A stretch of 64,000 nt of DNA from assembly GCF_965248315.1 (NCBI RefSeq), contig NZ_CBDFIX010000001.1:107618-171617 (forward strand), given 5' to 3'. The DNA comes from Ulvibacterium sp. (lineage in GTDB: Bacteria; Bacteroidota; Bacteroidia; Flavobacteriales; Flavobacteriaceae). A program made the translations under genes and the position numbers. Under the pieces are notes generated by a model. That model had not been told where the DNA came from. It searched no databases and saw nothing but the letters and a program-made list of their open reading frames with translations. This document shows positions 47,542 through 57,251 of this stretch, piece after piece; position 1 is the stretch's first letter; every line of letters begins with the position of its first letter.

Positions 47542-49197
47542 CTAATACAGCTCTTTGTAGTACTGGCGAGCCATCCGTTCACTTGTAAACTCCGGGACAA
47601 CATCCGTAATGGCCTGGAAAACGATTTTTTGCCAAACCTCTGGTTTATCGTAGTAAATGGGTAGTACTTTATCCTCCAAAACCGTATACAAATGTTCGCT
47701 ATCTAATTGGTCTTGTTGTTGTATGGGTAGTGTATGTTCAAGTTCGGGCAGTACAAAGCTGTTTTTCCCATCTTTGGCAAATTCCGGAATCCATCCATCA
47801 TTGGTCGTAAGGTTAACGGAGCCGTTCATTGCTGCGGTCATTCCACTGGTACCCGAAGCTTCCCGGGTAATCCTAGGCGTGTTCAGCCAAACATCGGAAC
47901 CCGTTTTTAGCTTTTTGGACAACTCTATCTCATACCCGGTCAATACCGCCAAGTTAGCCTCATTTTTGCTGAAACTTACCAAATGATTGAAGGTATCTAT
48001 AGCGGAAAAGTCCATGGGATAAGGTTTCCCGGCCCAAATAATCTGTACGGGATACTTCTGGTTTTTCAAGATATTCTGAAACCGCTGCATATCATGCAAT
48101 AGCAAATCGGCCCTTTTGTACCCTGCAAAACGTCTTGCCCAAACAATGGTCAATATATTGGGATCAAAAAGTTTTCCTGTTTGGTCCAAAACAAGTTCGA
48201 ACAACTCTTTTTTAAGGGCCGTCTTTCTTTTCACAAAGGCTTTGGCGTCTTTCTTTTTCCAGGCCTTTTGGAAGTCCTTGTCCTGCCAAAACTCCAAGTT
48301 CTGGGCATTGGTTATAGGTATGATTTTATTTGCACCTCCATACCCGTTCCACATGGCCTTGGATACCTTGGCGTGTAATTTGGATACTGCATTCGCCTTT
48401 TTAGCCATCCGCAACGCGGACACGGTATAGCTGATCGTATTACCGTTTACCATTTCCTTTTGAAGCTCTGGTTCGGAAAGTGTTCGTCCAAAGAACCCGA
48501 AACGGTTCAAATGATAGCCATCGCGCTCTTCATTGCCCCCTTTTTCCGGAGTATGGGTCGTAAAGACCATTTGCGATTTTTTTACCCCACGATCTCTTAA
48601 ATAATAGAAAGCAGGAAGGGCATGGCCCTCATTAAGGTGATAGACATCCGCACCTCCCAAAAGCTCAACGATTTTGGCGCCACCGATACCTAATACGATG
48701 CTTTGCGCAACACGCGTCTGCTCATTGGCATCGTACAAATAATCCGTTATGGTCCTGGATAGATAGTCGTTACCTTCCACATCGGTGGTCAAAAGATAGA
48801 TAGGGGCCGATCGGAACGTATCCGGCTTCAATACCATGGCCCTTAGCTTTACGGAGGAATTACCATTGATTTCTACTTCTACCTCTAATCCGGTATCTTC
48901 AAGGAAATTGTAATTTTTCTCTATGGAATTGGTCTGTAAGGTCTGGTCCTTGTTCCTTCCTTGATCGTAATACCCATATTTCCATAGCATACCGATACCT
49001 ACAATATTCTGCTTTAAATCGTATGCCGAGCGCATGTGGGAGCCGGCCAAAAAACCAAGTCCGCCGGAATATATCTTAAGACCTTGATGGATGGCAAATT
49101 CCATGCTAAAATAGGCCGTTCTTTTATTGAATTCCTTGGCTGGGGTATAGGGATGGTGCCAAGCACTATATTTTGATGGGGTTTCCATTGCTACCAT
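47542..49197 (-). CDS. glgP: alpha-glucan phosphorylase family protein (GT35, short form) with non-canonical PLP site
   Basis: 551 aa. AYFSMEFAIHQGLKIYSGGLGFLAG, TTHTP, and a PLP-site signature reading EASGTSGMTAAMN (Thr where Lys is expected). Confidence 0.8.
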   Translation of the reverse strand: MVAMETPSKYSAWHHPYTPAKEFNKRTAYFSMEFAIHQGLKIYSGGLGFLAGSHMRSAYDLKQNIVGIGMLWKYGYYDQGRNKDQTLQTNSIEKNYNFLEDTGLEVEVEINGNSSVKLRAMVLKPDTFRSAPIYLLTTDVEGNDYLSRTITDYLYDANEQTRVAQSIVLGIGGAKIVELLGGADVYHLNEGHALPAFYYLRDRGVKKSQMVFTTHTPEKGGNEERDGYHLNRFGFFGRTLSEPELQKEMVNGNTISYTVSALRMAKKANAVSKLHAKVSKAMWNGYGGANKIIPITNAQNLEFWQDKDFQKAWKKKDAKAFVKRKTALKKELFELVLDQTGKLFDPNILTIVWARRFAGYKRADLLLHDMQRFQNILKNQKYPVQIIWAGKPYPMDFSAIDTFNHLVSFSKNEANLAVLTGYEIELSKKLKTGSDVWLNTPRITREASGTSGMTAAMNGSVNLTTNDGWIPEFAKDGKNSFVLPELEHTLPIQQQDQLDSEHLYTVLEDKVLPIYYDKPEVWQKIVFQAITDVVPEFTSERMARQYYKELY

Positions 49198-49373
49198 AGA
49201 TTTCTTTTTGCCGCTAAAATAGGGGGATAAACCATTCTACCCAATTTATTTACAAAAAGTTAATGTGTATCGCAATCCATAATCCATTGCAATAAACCTG
49301 AATATGTCCAAGAAAACGAGTGCGAGTCTATACCAACCTAATTTAAACAGTAACCAAGAGAACCTATTTCTTC

Positions 49374-50405
49374 CTAAGGTCTATCCGTTTTTTTAACCGT
49401 TATCCGAAATGCGTTTTTAGGATTTTGCACCATGATTTGATTAATTTCCTTTTCGGTAAACCCATGGGTGCGCATGGCTGGGATTAATTTCTTGGAGATT
49501 GCTTCAAATTCCCGAATCGGTCCTCCCCGAGGAAAACCGTTACCGTCATGGGAAAGCAAGATCTTGTAGAGTAGATTTTGGGATTTAAATTGGGTGATGG
49601 CATTTAATAATTCCTGAATATTGGATGTATTTACTCCATCAAGGGATATCCAAGCTCCCTTGGAGGCGGTATTTAGAAGCACATCAACGTCCGATACCTT
49701 GTTGGCGTGTACCCATACCCAGGCACTTGGGCTTACCTTGTATTCCTCAAGCAATCGAAGTTGTTGGTTTACGGCTTCAAGATTGTCCCCGGTATGGACG
49801 GCTAGGGTCAGTCCAGTTTTTAGATGGGTCAAAATACCGGCAATAAATAGTTTAGTGTCTATTTTGGAAGGAGGCCCTTCGTCAAAGGCCAGTTTTATAA
49901 AACCCGGTTTTACCTCCGTACCGTCAATACCCTTTTGAAATTCAGCAATCCAAATTTTTGAAATTTTTTGGGCACTGGCCTCATAAGCGAATGGAGGTAT
50001 ATAGCGATCATTGGCCGCACCGTAGAAACCGGTGTTGGTAATCAGTTGAATACCCGTGGAATCGCTTATCCTTTGTAATAGGTCCACACGTCTTCCAAAA
50101 TAGGCCGTGGTACAATCAAAAATCGAATTCGCTCCTAAGGATTTCAACTTCTTTAGATAGGGAACCACCTGTTTAAACAGTGCTTCTTCGTTATACTGGG
50201 AGGTTTCGCTCTGATCCTTTCCAAAATTGGACATGATGTGCTCATGGGTCAAAGCAAATCCTAAACGTTCAATTAGGATAGGTCCGTTAACCGTTGGCAT
50301 GGTTTCTTGCCCCAAAATTGGACTTGGCTGTAAAAAGATGAAAAATAATGCCGGTAGTACGAACCTGCCGATTATTAACGGATGCCATATGTTGTTGAAC
50401 ATCAT
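49374..50405 (-). CDS. phosphotriesterase-family (PTE/PHP) amidohydrolase-fold protein
   Basis: 343 aa. LTHEHI (HxH metal site); TIM-barrel PTE similarity. A hydrophobic N-terminus may be a signal peptide (an internal Met is possible). Confidence 0.7.
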   Translation of the reverse strand: MMFNNIWHPLIIGRFVLPALFFIFLQPSPILGQETMPTVNGPILIERLGFALTHEHIMSNFGKDQSETSQYNEEALFKQVVPYLKKLKSLGANSIFDCTTAYFGRRVDLLQRISDSTGIQLITNTGFYGAANDRYIPPFAYEASAQKISKIWIAEFQKGIDGTEVKPGFIKLAFDEGPPSKIDTKLFIAGILTHLKTGLTLAVHTGDNLEAVNQQLRLLEEYKVSPSAWVWVHANKVSDVDVLLNTASKGAWISLDGVNTSNIQELLNAITQFKSQNLLYKILLSHDGNGFPRGGPIREFEAISKKLIPAMRTHGFTEKEINQIMVQNPKNAFRITVKKTDRP

Positions 50406-51169
50406 CGGTCTTTGGATTCAATAGTTTCTAGGAAATCCGAATAAATGCTTTGCACTTTGCCTATTTCATTTTGCTCGGCTATACTAGCTACTTGCGCCAA
50501 AATCTTTTCCTTTGAATCGATATCGATAAGATGCCAAATCTTAGCAATATTTTCGGAGAATGCCCTTGCCAGTTTTATTTTATCATCGGATTTGTATTTT
50601 ATATGACTTTCGTGATTTTGAAGTGAAGCTTCCAGAACGGTAAGAACGCTTCTTTGAAACTGTCCACTACTATTTTCCAGTTGATCCGCATAGTCTACGG
50701 ATTCTTGTTCGATGGTATCGTAATAGAGCAGGGTCATATTTGCTACTTCCTCCAGGGTAAGTTTATTCAATTCTATCAGTTCATTACTATAGTATTCCTG
50801 TTCTTTTTCAGTTGTTCCATAAACGAGGACCAAACGTTTTATAATTTTTTGAAAGAAAAAGAAATCCCGGGTCTTGCGCTTGTAGCTTAGCGAATCGCCA
50901 TTGGCTAGCCGCGGTAATGCGGAAATGATTCTTTTAAAGTACTTCCCAGACTTCTTACTGTTCAATTTAGGAAGTGGTAGGGAATCCTTTTCCTTTAACC
51001 TTCCTAAGAGTTTCGCCGAACCCTCCAATTCATCATAGGACCACTTTCTTTCAATTTTAGGTAATCCAAAATCGTAATATTCCTGGAGTGTCTTGGAATA
51101 ATCGGGTTCTCTTTTACAGGAACATACTATGCCGATAAAGAGTATTGAAACGAACAGTTTTTTTTTCAT
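50402..51169 (-). CDS. hypothetical lipoprotein
   Basis: 255 aa. MKKKLFVSILFIGIVCSCK lipobox, helical. Its stop overlaps the PTE start (ATGA). Confidence 0.5.
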   Translation of the reverse strand: MKKKLFVSILFIGIVCSCKREPDYSKTLQEYYDFGLPKIERKWSYDELEGSAKLLGRLKEKDSLPLPKLNSKKSGKYFKRIISALPRLANGDSLSYKRKTRDFFFFQKIIKRLVLVYGTTEKEQEYYSNELIELNKLTLEEVANMTLLYYDTIEQESVDYADQLENSSGQFQRSVLTVLEASLQNHESHIKYKSDDKIKLARAFSENIAKIWHLIDIDSKEKILAQVASIAEQNEIGKVQSIYSDFLETIESKDR

Positions 51170-51194
51170 GATTTTTGAAGTCTCATTTTAATAG

Positions 51195-51758
51195 CTACTT
51201 AACATCATCCGAAAAATGACCACCGTGTTTGCCTTTTGAGAACTTGGCTTTATTGAAATGGGACGATTTTCCCTTGGGGATGGTAAGGCTTTTCCATGTG
51301 TTGCCTTTGACCATTCGCCCGATATAGGCAATTTGCCCGATATGATACGCATAATGGGCCAGTTGCCGATTAACCGCCTCCACGATGGTATGTGCCTGAT
51401 TCCGAATAAAAATTTCGGTATTGAAGTTTTCCGCATTCACTGAATGCAATGCAGTGAACAGGCATTCCCATCCGGCCTCCCACTTGACCATCATTTCCGC
51501 TTTGGTGCCAATAACGGACTCAAACTCCAAATCCCGATTCCGCCATTCCTTTTCCCCATCGGAAGTGAGGAAATCGGTCCATCGCGACCTCATGTTTCCC
51601 CACAAGTGATTGACGATTATGGCAATGGAATTGGATTCGGCATTGAATTGCCAAAAGAGGTGCTCCTCATCCAGTTGGGCAAACGTACGTTCCCCGACAG
51701 ATTTATAGTATTCAAACTGTTTAATGGCACTTTGTATGTAGTCCAGTTCCATAGGCAT
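51195..51758 (-). CDS. DinB-superfamily protein (DUF1572-like)
   Basis: 187 aa. Four-helix DinB pattern with His triad candidates (IVNHLWGN..., HYAYHIGQI). Confidence 0.6.
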   Translation of the reverse strand: MPMELDYIQSAIKQFEYYKSVGERTFAQLDEEHLFWQFNAESNSIAIIVNHLWGNMRSRWTDFLTSDGEKEWRNRDLEFESVIGTKAEMMVKWEAGWECLFTALHSVNAENFNTEIFIRNQAHTIVEAVNRQLAHYAYHIGQIAYIGRMVKGNTWKSLTIPKGKSSHFNKAKFSKGKHGGHFSDDVK

Positions 51759-51836
51759 CCCACAAAATTAAAACTTCCTATTTGAATATGCACTATCCTA
51801 TCCTTAGCGAAAAAAAGGGATGTATTCCATTTCGAA

Positions 51837-52703
51837 TCAGTAGGTCCAGTAAGATGAACCACAATCGATATAATGAATTGGAATATCCGTAACAAATTTG
51901 CGCATCCAATCGGCACAAAATTTCATCCCACTTGCCTCAGAGTATACGTGCCCGATGAATACTATGGCTTTTTTTCTCCCTTGAGTATTGGCATCCCGTA
52001 CATACTCATAGGTCTCCCATTGGGGTACTTCGCCGGCCACTACTATGTCCACCTCTGCTTTTCGCAATTGTTGGATATGGGCGTTACTACCGGATGCTCC
52101 AGGGACATATATTACAGTAGATAGTTGCATTTCCGGGTTCCCTACTACATGAAAACCGTTTTCCGGGAATGTCCGTTTAATGTCCTTTAGCAGTTCCTTT
52201 AGGGTGATTTGGGGAAACGTAAATTTGTACGGATTATCGGTGTCCCTATTTTCTTCCCACCCCAATTTCTCGGTCATTCCGGTAACAATACCATCAGGCT
52301 GGATACGATGGATATAGTCATGAAACCGCCAAATGACCAGATTGTGGTCTTTGATAAATTTTTGTTTCTCCAAGAAAACGGAATCCTTTTGAAAAAGCTC
52401 GGTTTCGTCCAGATGGTTGTAGTAGGTCGGTTCATGGGTGATGATAAGATTGCAGTTTTTCTCCACGGCCTTTTGCAAGACCTCCATGGTAGCGAACATA
52501 CAGGTAACCACACCTCTCACTGGCGTTTCCGGATTTCCTTCCTTAATAACATCAACGGTTTTGGACAAACGTTCCGCGCCAGTCCTTTGAATAATGGTCT
52601 CGATGAGTTCTCTCGAGGTCACGGTCATCTGGCCCGAGGTCCACTGTCCCAGAAACAGTATGGAAAAAGCACTAAGGATACATAAATGAAACGATATTTT
52701 CAT
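51837..52703 (-). CDS. NIF3-family (GTP cyclohydrolase 1 type 2 homolog) dinuclear-metal protein
   Basis: 288 aa. NLIITHEPTYY and GHVYSEASGM motifs. The N-terminus MKISFHLCILSAFSILFLGQ is signal-like; the alternative start Met26 (52628) would remove it. Confidence 0.7.
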   Translation of the reverse strand: MKISFHLCILSAFSILFLGQWTSGQMTVTSRELIETIIQRTGAERLSKTVDVIKEGNPETPVRGVVTCMFATMEVLQKAVEKNCNLIITHEPTYYNHLDETELFQKDSVFLEKQKFIKDHNLVIWRFHDYIHRIQPDGIVTGMTEKLGWEENRDTDNPYKFTFPQITLKELLKDIKRTFPENGFHVVGNPEMQLSTVIYVPGASGSNAHIQQLRKAEVDIVVAGEVPQWETYEYVRDANTQGRKKAIVFIGHVYSEASGMKFCADWMRKFVTDIPIHYIDCGSSYWTY

Positions 52704-52720
52704 TTTTTTACGATTTTAGT

Positions 52721-53773
52721 TTATGGGTGTTTTTGATTGTGTCCCCGTCGTGAAATTAGCGTATTTAGATAATTCGAAAAACGAAGGTTTGACCCGGCAT
52801 TTAAGGTAACAAAGCTATGATTTGTAGGGGTATCCGTCTCGATCCATCGGCATCCTTGGTCGACATCGAAATCTAGGTATCCCCGGGCCGTGACGTTGAA
52901 ATATTTTTTGGAAGTTTCCACGGCGAAACAAACGGCCACTAGATCCCAACTAGGTCGCTGATCGGCCAATGTTTTCTGCTCCACATTCCACAGCCAGTCG
53001 CGATAGGCCGTTCGGACAATGTTGCCGTTGGGTGTATGTATTAGTGATTTTCCGGTCATCATTTGTGATCCGCCAGAAATAAAGAAAACAGGTTTTGGGA
53101 AATGCTCCACCAAATATTGGGTGTACGGGGCCGTACCATTAAAAAAGAAATTCCAGTCCTTGGTATAATGGCCGTCCACATTTTTTGCATTAAGGGCTCC
53201 AAGGGCGATCCACCGCTTTATTTTCTTCTCGGCCAATGCCATTCCGGACAGATTGGAAATGCTATCGGGCTCGGAAACGAGTAGATTGTATAGGGCTTGG
53301 GTATGGCCAATGGTTACGTAGTGCAAGCTGTTATCCTCTTGTTCGGCCAATAGTTTACGGAGAAATAGCGTCTGTTCCGGAACATCGGTATTGCGGATTA
53401 CCCGGTTCTTAAACGCTACGGTGTCCTGGGCCAGTTTTTTGGCTTGCATTTTGTCCACAGGATCCCCAAATTCCATATCATAATTGGCCCCGATAGGGAT
53501 GCCGCCATTGCCATAGTACCTGTTTATAGCGTCGATAATCCCAACACCATAAGGAACCGCACCCGAACTATAGACTACACCCAAAATTTCCGCTCGCCCG
53601 GAATTCGCATATTCATTCAATAGGGCCAGTGCCCCCACATCATCGCAGTCCGATCCCATATCCGTATCCAACAGTATCTTTTTTAGGGAAGAGAAGGAAG
53701 CCGTTTTGTCCTGACAAAGCAGATCATGAACCATCAGAAAAACCATAAAAAAGGGAATCAGCGAACGTATCAT
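52721..53773 (-). CDS. exported nucleoside-hydrolase-like (IUNH fold) protein
   Basis: 350 aa. Signal peptide MIRSLIPFFMVFLMVHDLLCQ followed by the DTDMGSDCDDVGALALL Asp cluster typical of IU-nucleoside hydrolases. Confidence 0.65.
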   Translation of the reverse strand: MIRSLIPFFMVFLMVHDLLCQDKTASFSSLKKILLDTDMGSDCDDVGALALLNEYANSGRAEILGVVYSSGAVPYGVGIIDAINRYYGNGGIPIGANYDMEFGDPVDKMQAKKLAQDTVAFKNRVIRNTDVPEQTLFLRKLLAEQEDNSLHYVTIGHTQALYNLLVSEPDSISNLSGMALAEKKIKRWIALGALNAKNVDGHYTKDWNFFFNGTAPYTQYLVEHFPKPVFFISGGSQMMTGKSLIHTPNGNIVRTAYRDWLWNVEQKTLADQRPSWDLVAVCFAVETSKKYFNVTARGYLDFDVDQGCRWIETDTPTNHSFVTLNAGSNLRFSNYLNTLISRRGHNQKHP

Positions 53774-53811
53774 GCTATTAATTTAGGCAATTTCATGAAA
53801 TTTTCAAGACA

Positions 53812-55248
53812 TCATTTGGCCGGAGTGTAATCCATCCCACTCTTGCTGTTTTCAACAGAGTTCAGCCATATTGATAAGTCCGCTTTCAATTGCTCAGCAA
53901 TTTTGGGATATTCCCGAATCACATTTTCTTTTTCCGATGGATCGAGGAGCAGATCATACAATTCCAAATTTTCTAGCTGTTGATCACCAATGAGTTTATA
54001 TTGATTCGTTACCCAGGAGATTTGGTTGCCATAGATAAATCCAATAGGTTTGGGTCTTTGGGACTCTTCACGATTCAGCGACTTTAAAACGCTTGTACCA
54101 TCGAGGGGCCGTTGATCGGGAAAGGGAATGTCCAGAATATCCAGGATGGTCGGCAGATAGTCACTGGTTACCATAGGAAAGTCCACGCGTTTCTCGCCCT
54201 CCAGACCGTTTTTCCAAACGGCAAAGGCTGGCACCCGTACCCCGCCTTCATGAAGGCTTCTTTTGCGTTCCCGAAAAACACCTGCACTACCGGGCGTTTC
54301 CCGTTCGGGACCATTGTCGCTACAAAAGAATAGGATCGTTTCCTTTTCCGTTCCCGTGGCTTCCAAGGTTTGCCATAATCGTCCCATTTGCTCATCCAGG
54401 GCCGTTATGGTACCGTAGTACAATTGTTTGGCCAGATTCATTTGGGGATAGTGACCCCGATGTACACTATCGCTCACTACGGGCAAATGAGGCGTATGGA
54501 ACCAAAGTGTCGTAAAGAACGGCTTATTTTCCTGTAGGGCATTTTCAATAAACGGAAGTACCCGATCCATGATGATACGGGAATCATCGCCCTTTAGATT
54601 CCGGGTCTCCTTTTGGTTTTCCCCGGTCCAATAGGCAGTACCATAGGCTTGGGCGGAATCGGGATATTGGATCGCTTTCCAACCATAACGTTTGCTTTCC
54701 CCGGTATCATAAGTTAGGGGATAGAGCATGGGATCGAAGGTAGGTACCTTGGATTCCGTAGAAAAGTAGCCATCATAACCATGTTGGGTAGGGATACTAT
54801 AATCCGCATGGAACTTTTCCTGGCCACCCCGGTTGGCATCGGGGATGGATCGGGTAAAGGTGCCCAGATGCCATTTACCAAAATGTCCTGTGGCATAGCC
54901 TGCTTTCTTGAGCAGTTCGGGAAGGGTGATTTCCTCCTCCTTTAGATGCCCGGAATTCGCAGTGGGAATGTGCATCCGCAACGGATTTCTTCCCGTAAGT
55001 ACACTGGCCCGGGTAGGGGAGCAGACCGAGGAAGCGGAGTAAAACCGGTCCAAAATTACCCCTTGGGAAGCCAGGGAATCCAACCAAGGGGTCTTTACTA
55101 TAGTGTTTCCGTTAAATCCTACATCATACCAGCCCAGGTCATCGGTCATGACCAGGATGATATTGGGTCTTTTAGGGGGTTCCGTACAGGAGGAAATGCC
55201 TAGACCAAAAACGAATATCAATTGTACTAGTATTTTCATATTTCTCAT
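53812..55248 (-). CDS. formylglycine-dependent sulfatase (arylsulfatase family)
   Basis: Signature SSVCSPTRASVLTGR (CxPxR) and MTDDLGW; lipoprotein-like signal ...GLGISSC. ATG 55248 is preferred over the TTG at 55266. Confidence 0.85.
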   Translation of the reverse strand: MRNMKILVQLIFVFGLGISSCTEPPKRPNIILVMTDDLGWYDVGFNGNTIVKTPWLDSLASQGVILDRFYSASSVCSPTRASVLTGRNPLRMHIPTANSGHLKEEEITLPELLKKAGYATGHFGKWHLGTFTRSIPDANRGGQEKFHADYSIPTQHGYDGYFSTESKVPTFDPMLYPLTYDTGESKRYGWKAIQYPDSAQAYGTAYWTGENQKETRNLKGDDSRIIMDRVLPFIENALQENKPFFTTLWFHTPHLPVVSDSVHRGHYPQMNLAKQLYYGTITALDEQMGRLWQTLEATGTEKETILFFCSDNGPERETPGSAGVFRERKRSLHEGGVRVPAFAVWKNGLEGEKRVDFPMVTSDYLPTILDILDIPFPDQRPLDGTSVLKSLNREESQRPKPIGFIYGNQISWVTNQYKLIGDQQLENLELYDLLLDPSEKENVIREYPKIAEQLKADLSIWLNSVENSKSGMDYTPAK

Positions 55249-55497
55249 TTTAAAAGCCAAATCCAAAAGATTTGCCGGACCTGGTAAACATTACAAAACC
55301 ATTGCATTCAGCACTTATTACCCTATTTGCTGTGGGTTTAGTTGTGCATTGTATTTCTACATTTCGTCCTGATAGTAAGTTGTTTCCATTAATCCAGTAG
55401 ATTTTCATCGATACCATAATATTCAACTCCAAATCGCTCACTTTTCTCTAGGTATCGTTTTATCATATCGTCTTTATCTTCTAAATAGCCAAGTTCC

Positions 55498-55794
55498 TCA
55501 TAAAGTGACGCTATCCCCATATTTATGAACCAAAATTATTGCAGGCGATCCTGCCATAGGAATAAATGGAGTATCGTTTTCATGTCCTATGACAGGTTTG
55601 TCTTTTTCCAAATCGTAAATGTAGGTTACGTCCACTTTTTTGTCCTGATAGGTAAATTCCTTTTCTACCTTTATTATAAGTCCTTGTACTTCAACAAAGT
55701 CCTCTTCATTATAATCTACATAGTTTTTTGTTGATTATTCTTTACAACCGGGGAGTTATAAAAACAGCGAAATAAACAGAAATGCTCTCATCAT
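55498..55794 (-). pseudogene. small lipoprotein gene interrupted by two in-frame TAA codons
   Basis: Reads MMRAFLFISLFL*LPGCKE*STKNYVDYNEEDFVEVQGLIIKVEKEFTYQDKKVDVTYIYDLEKDKPVIGHENDTPFIPMAGSPAIILVHKYGDSVTL*. The stops are at 55756-55758 and 55735-55737. Signal peptide and lipobox stay in frame with the body. Confidence 0.5.
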
Positions 55795-55989
55795 ATGTTC
55801 CACAACTTCAGGTGTATACAGCGTAGCGAACTTATGGAACCTATGATTGCTTACACATTGTTGGCATGTATTTATTTCCTTATTGTTTATCTTAACCCGG
55901 TGCAACCTTTCGAGAATTTCGGAGATGTGACCCTACATTCCCGTCCATTGTCGTGTATGCGATGGAAGGTTGAAATTCTTCATCAACAA

Positions 55990-57015
55990 TTACAAAATCA
56001 ACTTTTTATCTTTTTCATCCATAGGTAAAAAGTTGATATCTAAATAACCTCCACTGGCGTTGTCATCAGCAACTATTTGAGGTTTTCCTTTAATCATTTC
56101 AATAGAGTTTCGATGGACATGTCCTGCAAAAATGCCTAATAGATTTGGCGCAGTAAAGACTTTCTTATGAAAATTAAGGGTTGTTTGAGTATGTCCACTT
56201 TCTGGCCATTTAGGACGTCTTTCTAACTCAAAATTGCGATCTGTGGCCGCTCCCCAATTCGGATTTCCACATCCAAATACAATCTTCTTCCCGGGAGCAT
56301 ACATTGGAATATGGACCAATAAAACCAAAGGCATTCCAATGGCAACTTGTTCAATAAAAAAGGCTAATTGCTCCTCATTAATTTGATAGGTAGAATTATC
56401 AATAGCCAAAAATCTGATTCCTTTGATATCATAAGCCGCCATTAAAGGGTGGTTGCCTTGGTACAAAGGCAGTAATCGCTTTTCAATCCATGAATCACGT
56501 AAAGACTCCAAAGTACCTTCCATCCCTTCATAATGCCAATCATGGTTTCCAGCGGTATAAATGTACGGTATGCCGGTATCTTTCAATTTAGATAGTACCC
56601 ACTCTATTGCCGCTTCAGACGGAAAACTAAAAATATCTCCACCCAACGTAATCACATCGGCATTTACTTCTTTTGCAAATGCAAGTGTTTGTTCAAAAGC
56701 TTCCTCTGGATTCGTGTTTATTCGTGTTTTAAAATGTGTGGTTTGGTTATAAGCTTTGGCCATTCGGTTACTAAACTCTTGGTAAGGTAGTCCTCTTTCA
56801 TCATCTTTAAACAAATGCGTATCGGCTATATGAACTACCTTTATTAACTCATTAATAACCTCGGCATAAAAGAACACTTCTTGCTGATCTATGGTAGCAC
56901 ATACCTTAACAGGTTTCTTAATTTTCTTTTTAGTTATACTTGCATAAGAACTGGTTGTAAGTCCAACCCCCACTAGGGCTGTAGAAGTTTTTCTGAAAAA
57001 TGATCTACGTTTCAT
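55990..57015 (-). CDS. Tat-exported metallophosphoesterase
   Basis: 341 aa. Twin-arginine signal MKRRSFFRKTSTALVGVGL; calcineurin-like motifs HIADTH, GGDIF, GNHD, GHVH. Confidence 0.8.
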   Translation of the reverse strand: MKRRSFFRKTSTALVGVGLTTSSYASITKKKIKKPVKVCATIDQQEVFFYAEVINELIKVVHIADTHLFKDDERGLPYQEFSNRMAKAYNQTTHFKTRINTNPEEAFEQTLAFAKEVNADVITLGGDIFSFPSEAAIEWVLSKLKDTGIPYIYTAGNHDWHYEGMEGTLESLRDSWIEKRLLPLYQGNHPLMAAYDIKGIRFLAIDNSTYQINEEQLAFFIEQVAIGMPLVLLVHIPMYAPGKKIVFGCGNPNWGAATDRNFELERRPKWPESGHTQTTLNFHKKVFTAPNLLGIFAGHVHRNSIEMIKGKPQIVADDNASGGYLDINFLPMDEKDKKLIL

Positions 57016-57251
57016 ATAGTGTTCTTATTTGTTTTTTCTCATACAATTTTCGTTTTTTCTAATTTCCACATGTACGCCAACATAGGGATATAAACAATAC
57101 TATAAAATTCCTGCAATTTTTCCATAAAATCAAGTACACCCATCTGAAAACACTATGAAATTGTGTACACTTGCCCGCCTCGGGGGAGAACGAAAACAAG
57201 CATTTATAAACGATAATAAGCGGAAATTGATATACACTTTGATGGTACAAG

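Noticed and set aside
55525-56028. + strand ORFs 55525-55734 and 55795-56028 as genes
   Set aside because: They are low-complexity, Phe/Ile/Tyr-rich translations. One is antisense to the interrupted lipoprotein ORF and the other overlaps the end of the metallophosphoesterase gene. No motifs were found.
57016-57251. Possible ncRNA or terminator in the 236-nt gap between the PhoD-like and metallophosphoesterase genes (ORF 57059-57286)
   Set aside because: Only a 4-bp CCCG/CGGG hairpin is present, with no U-tract and no recognisable RNA motif. The ORF has an implausible composition.
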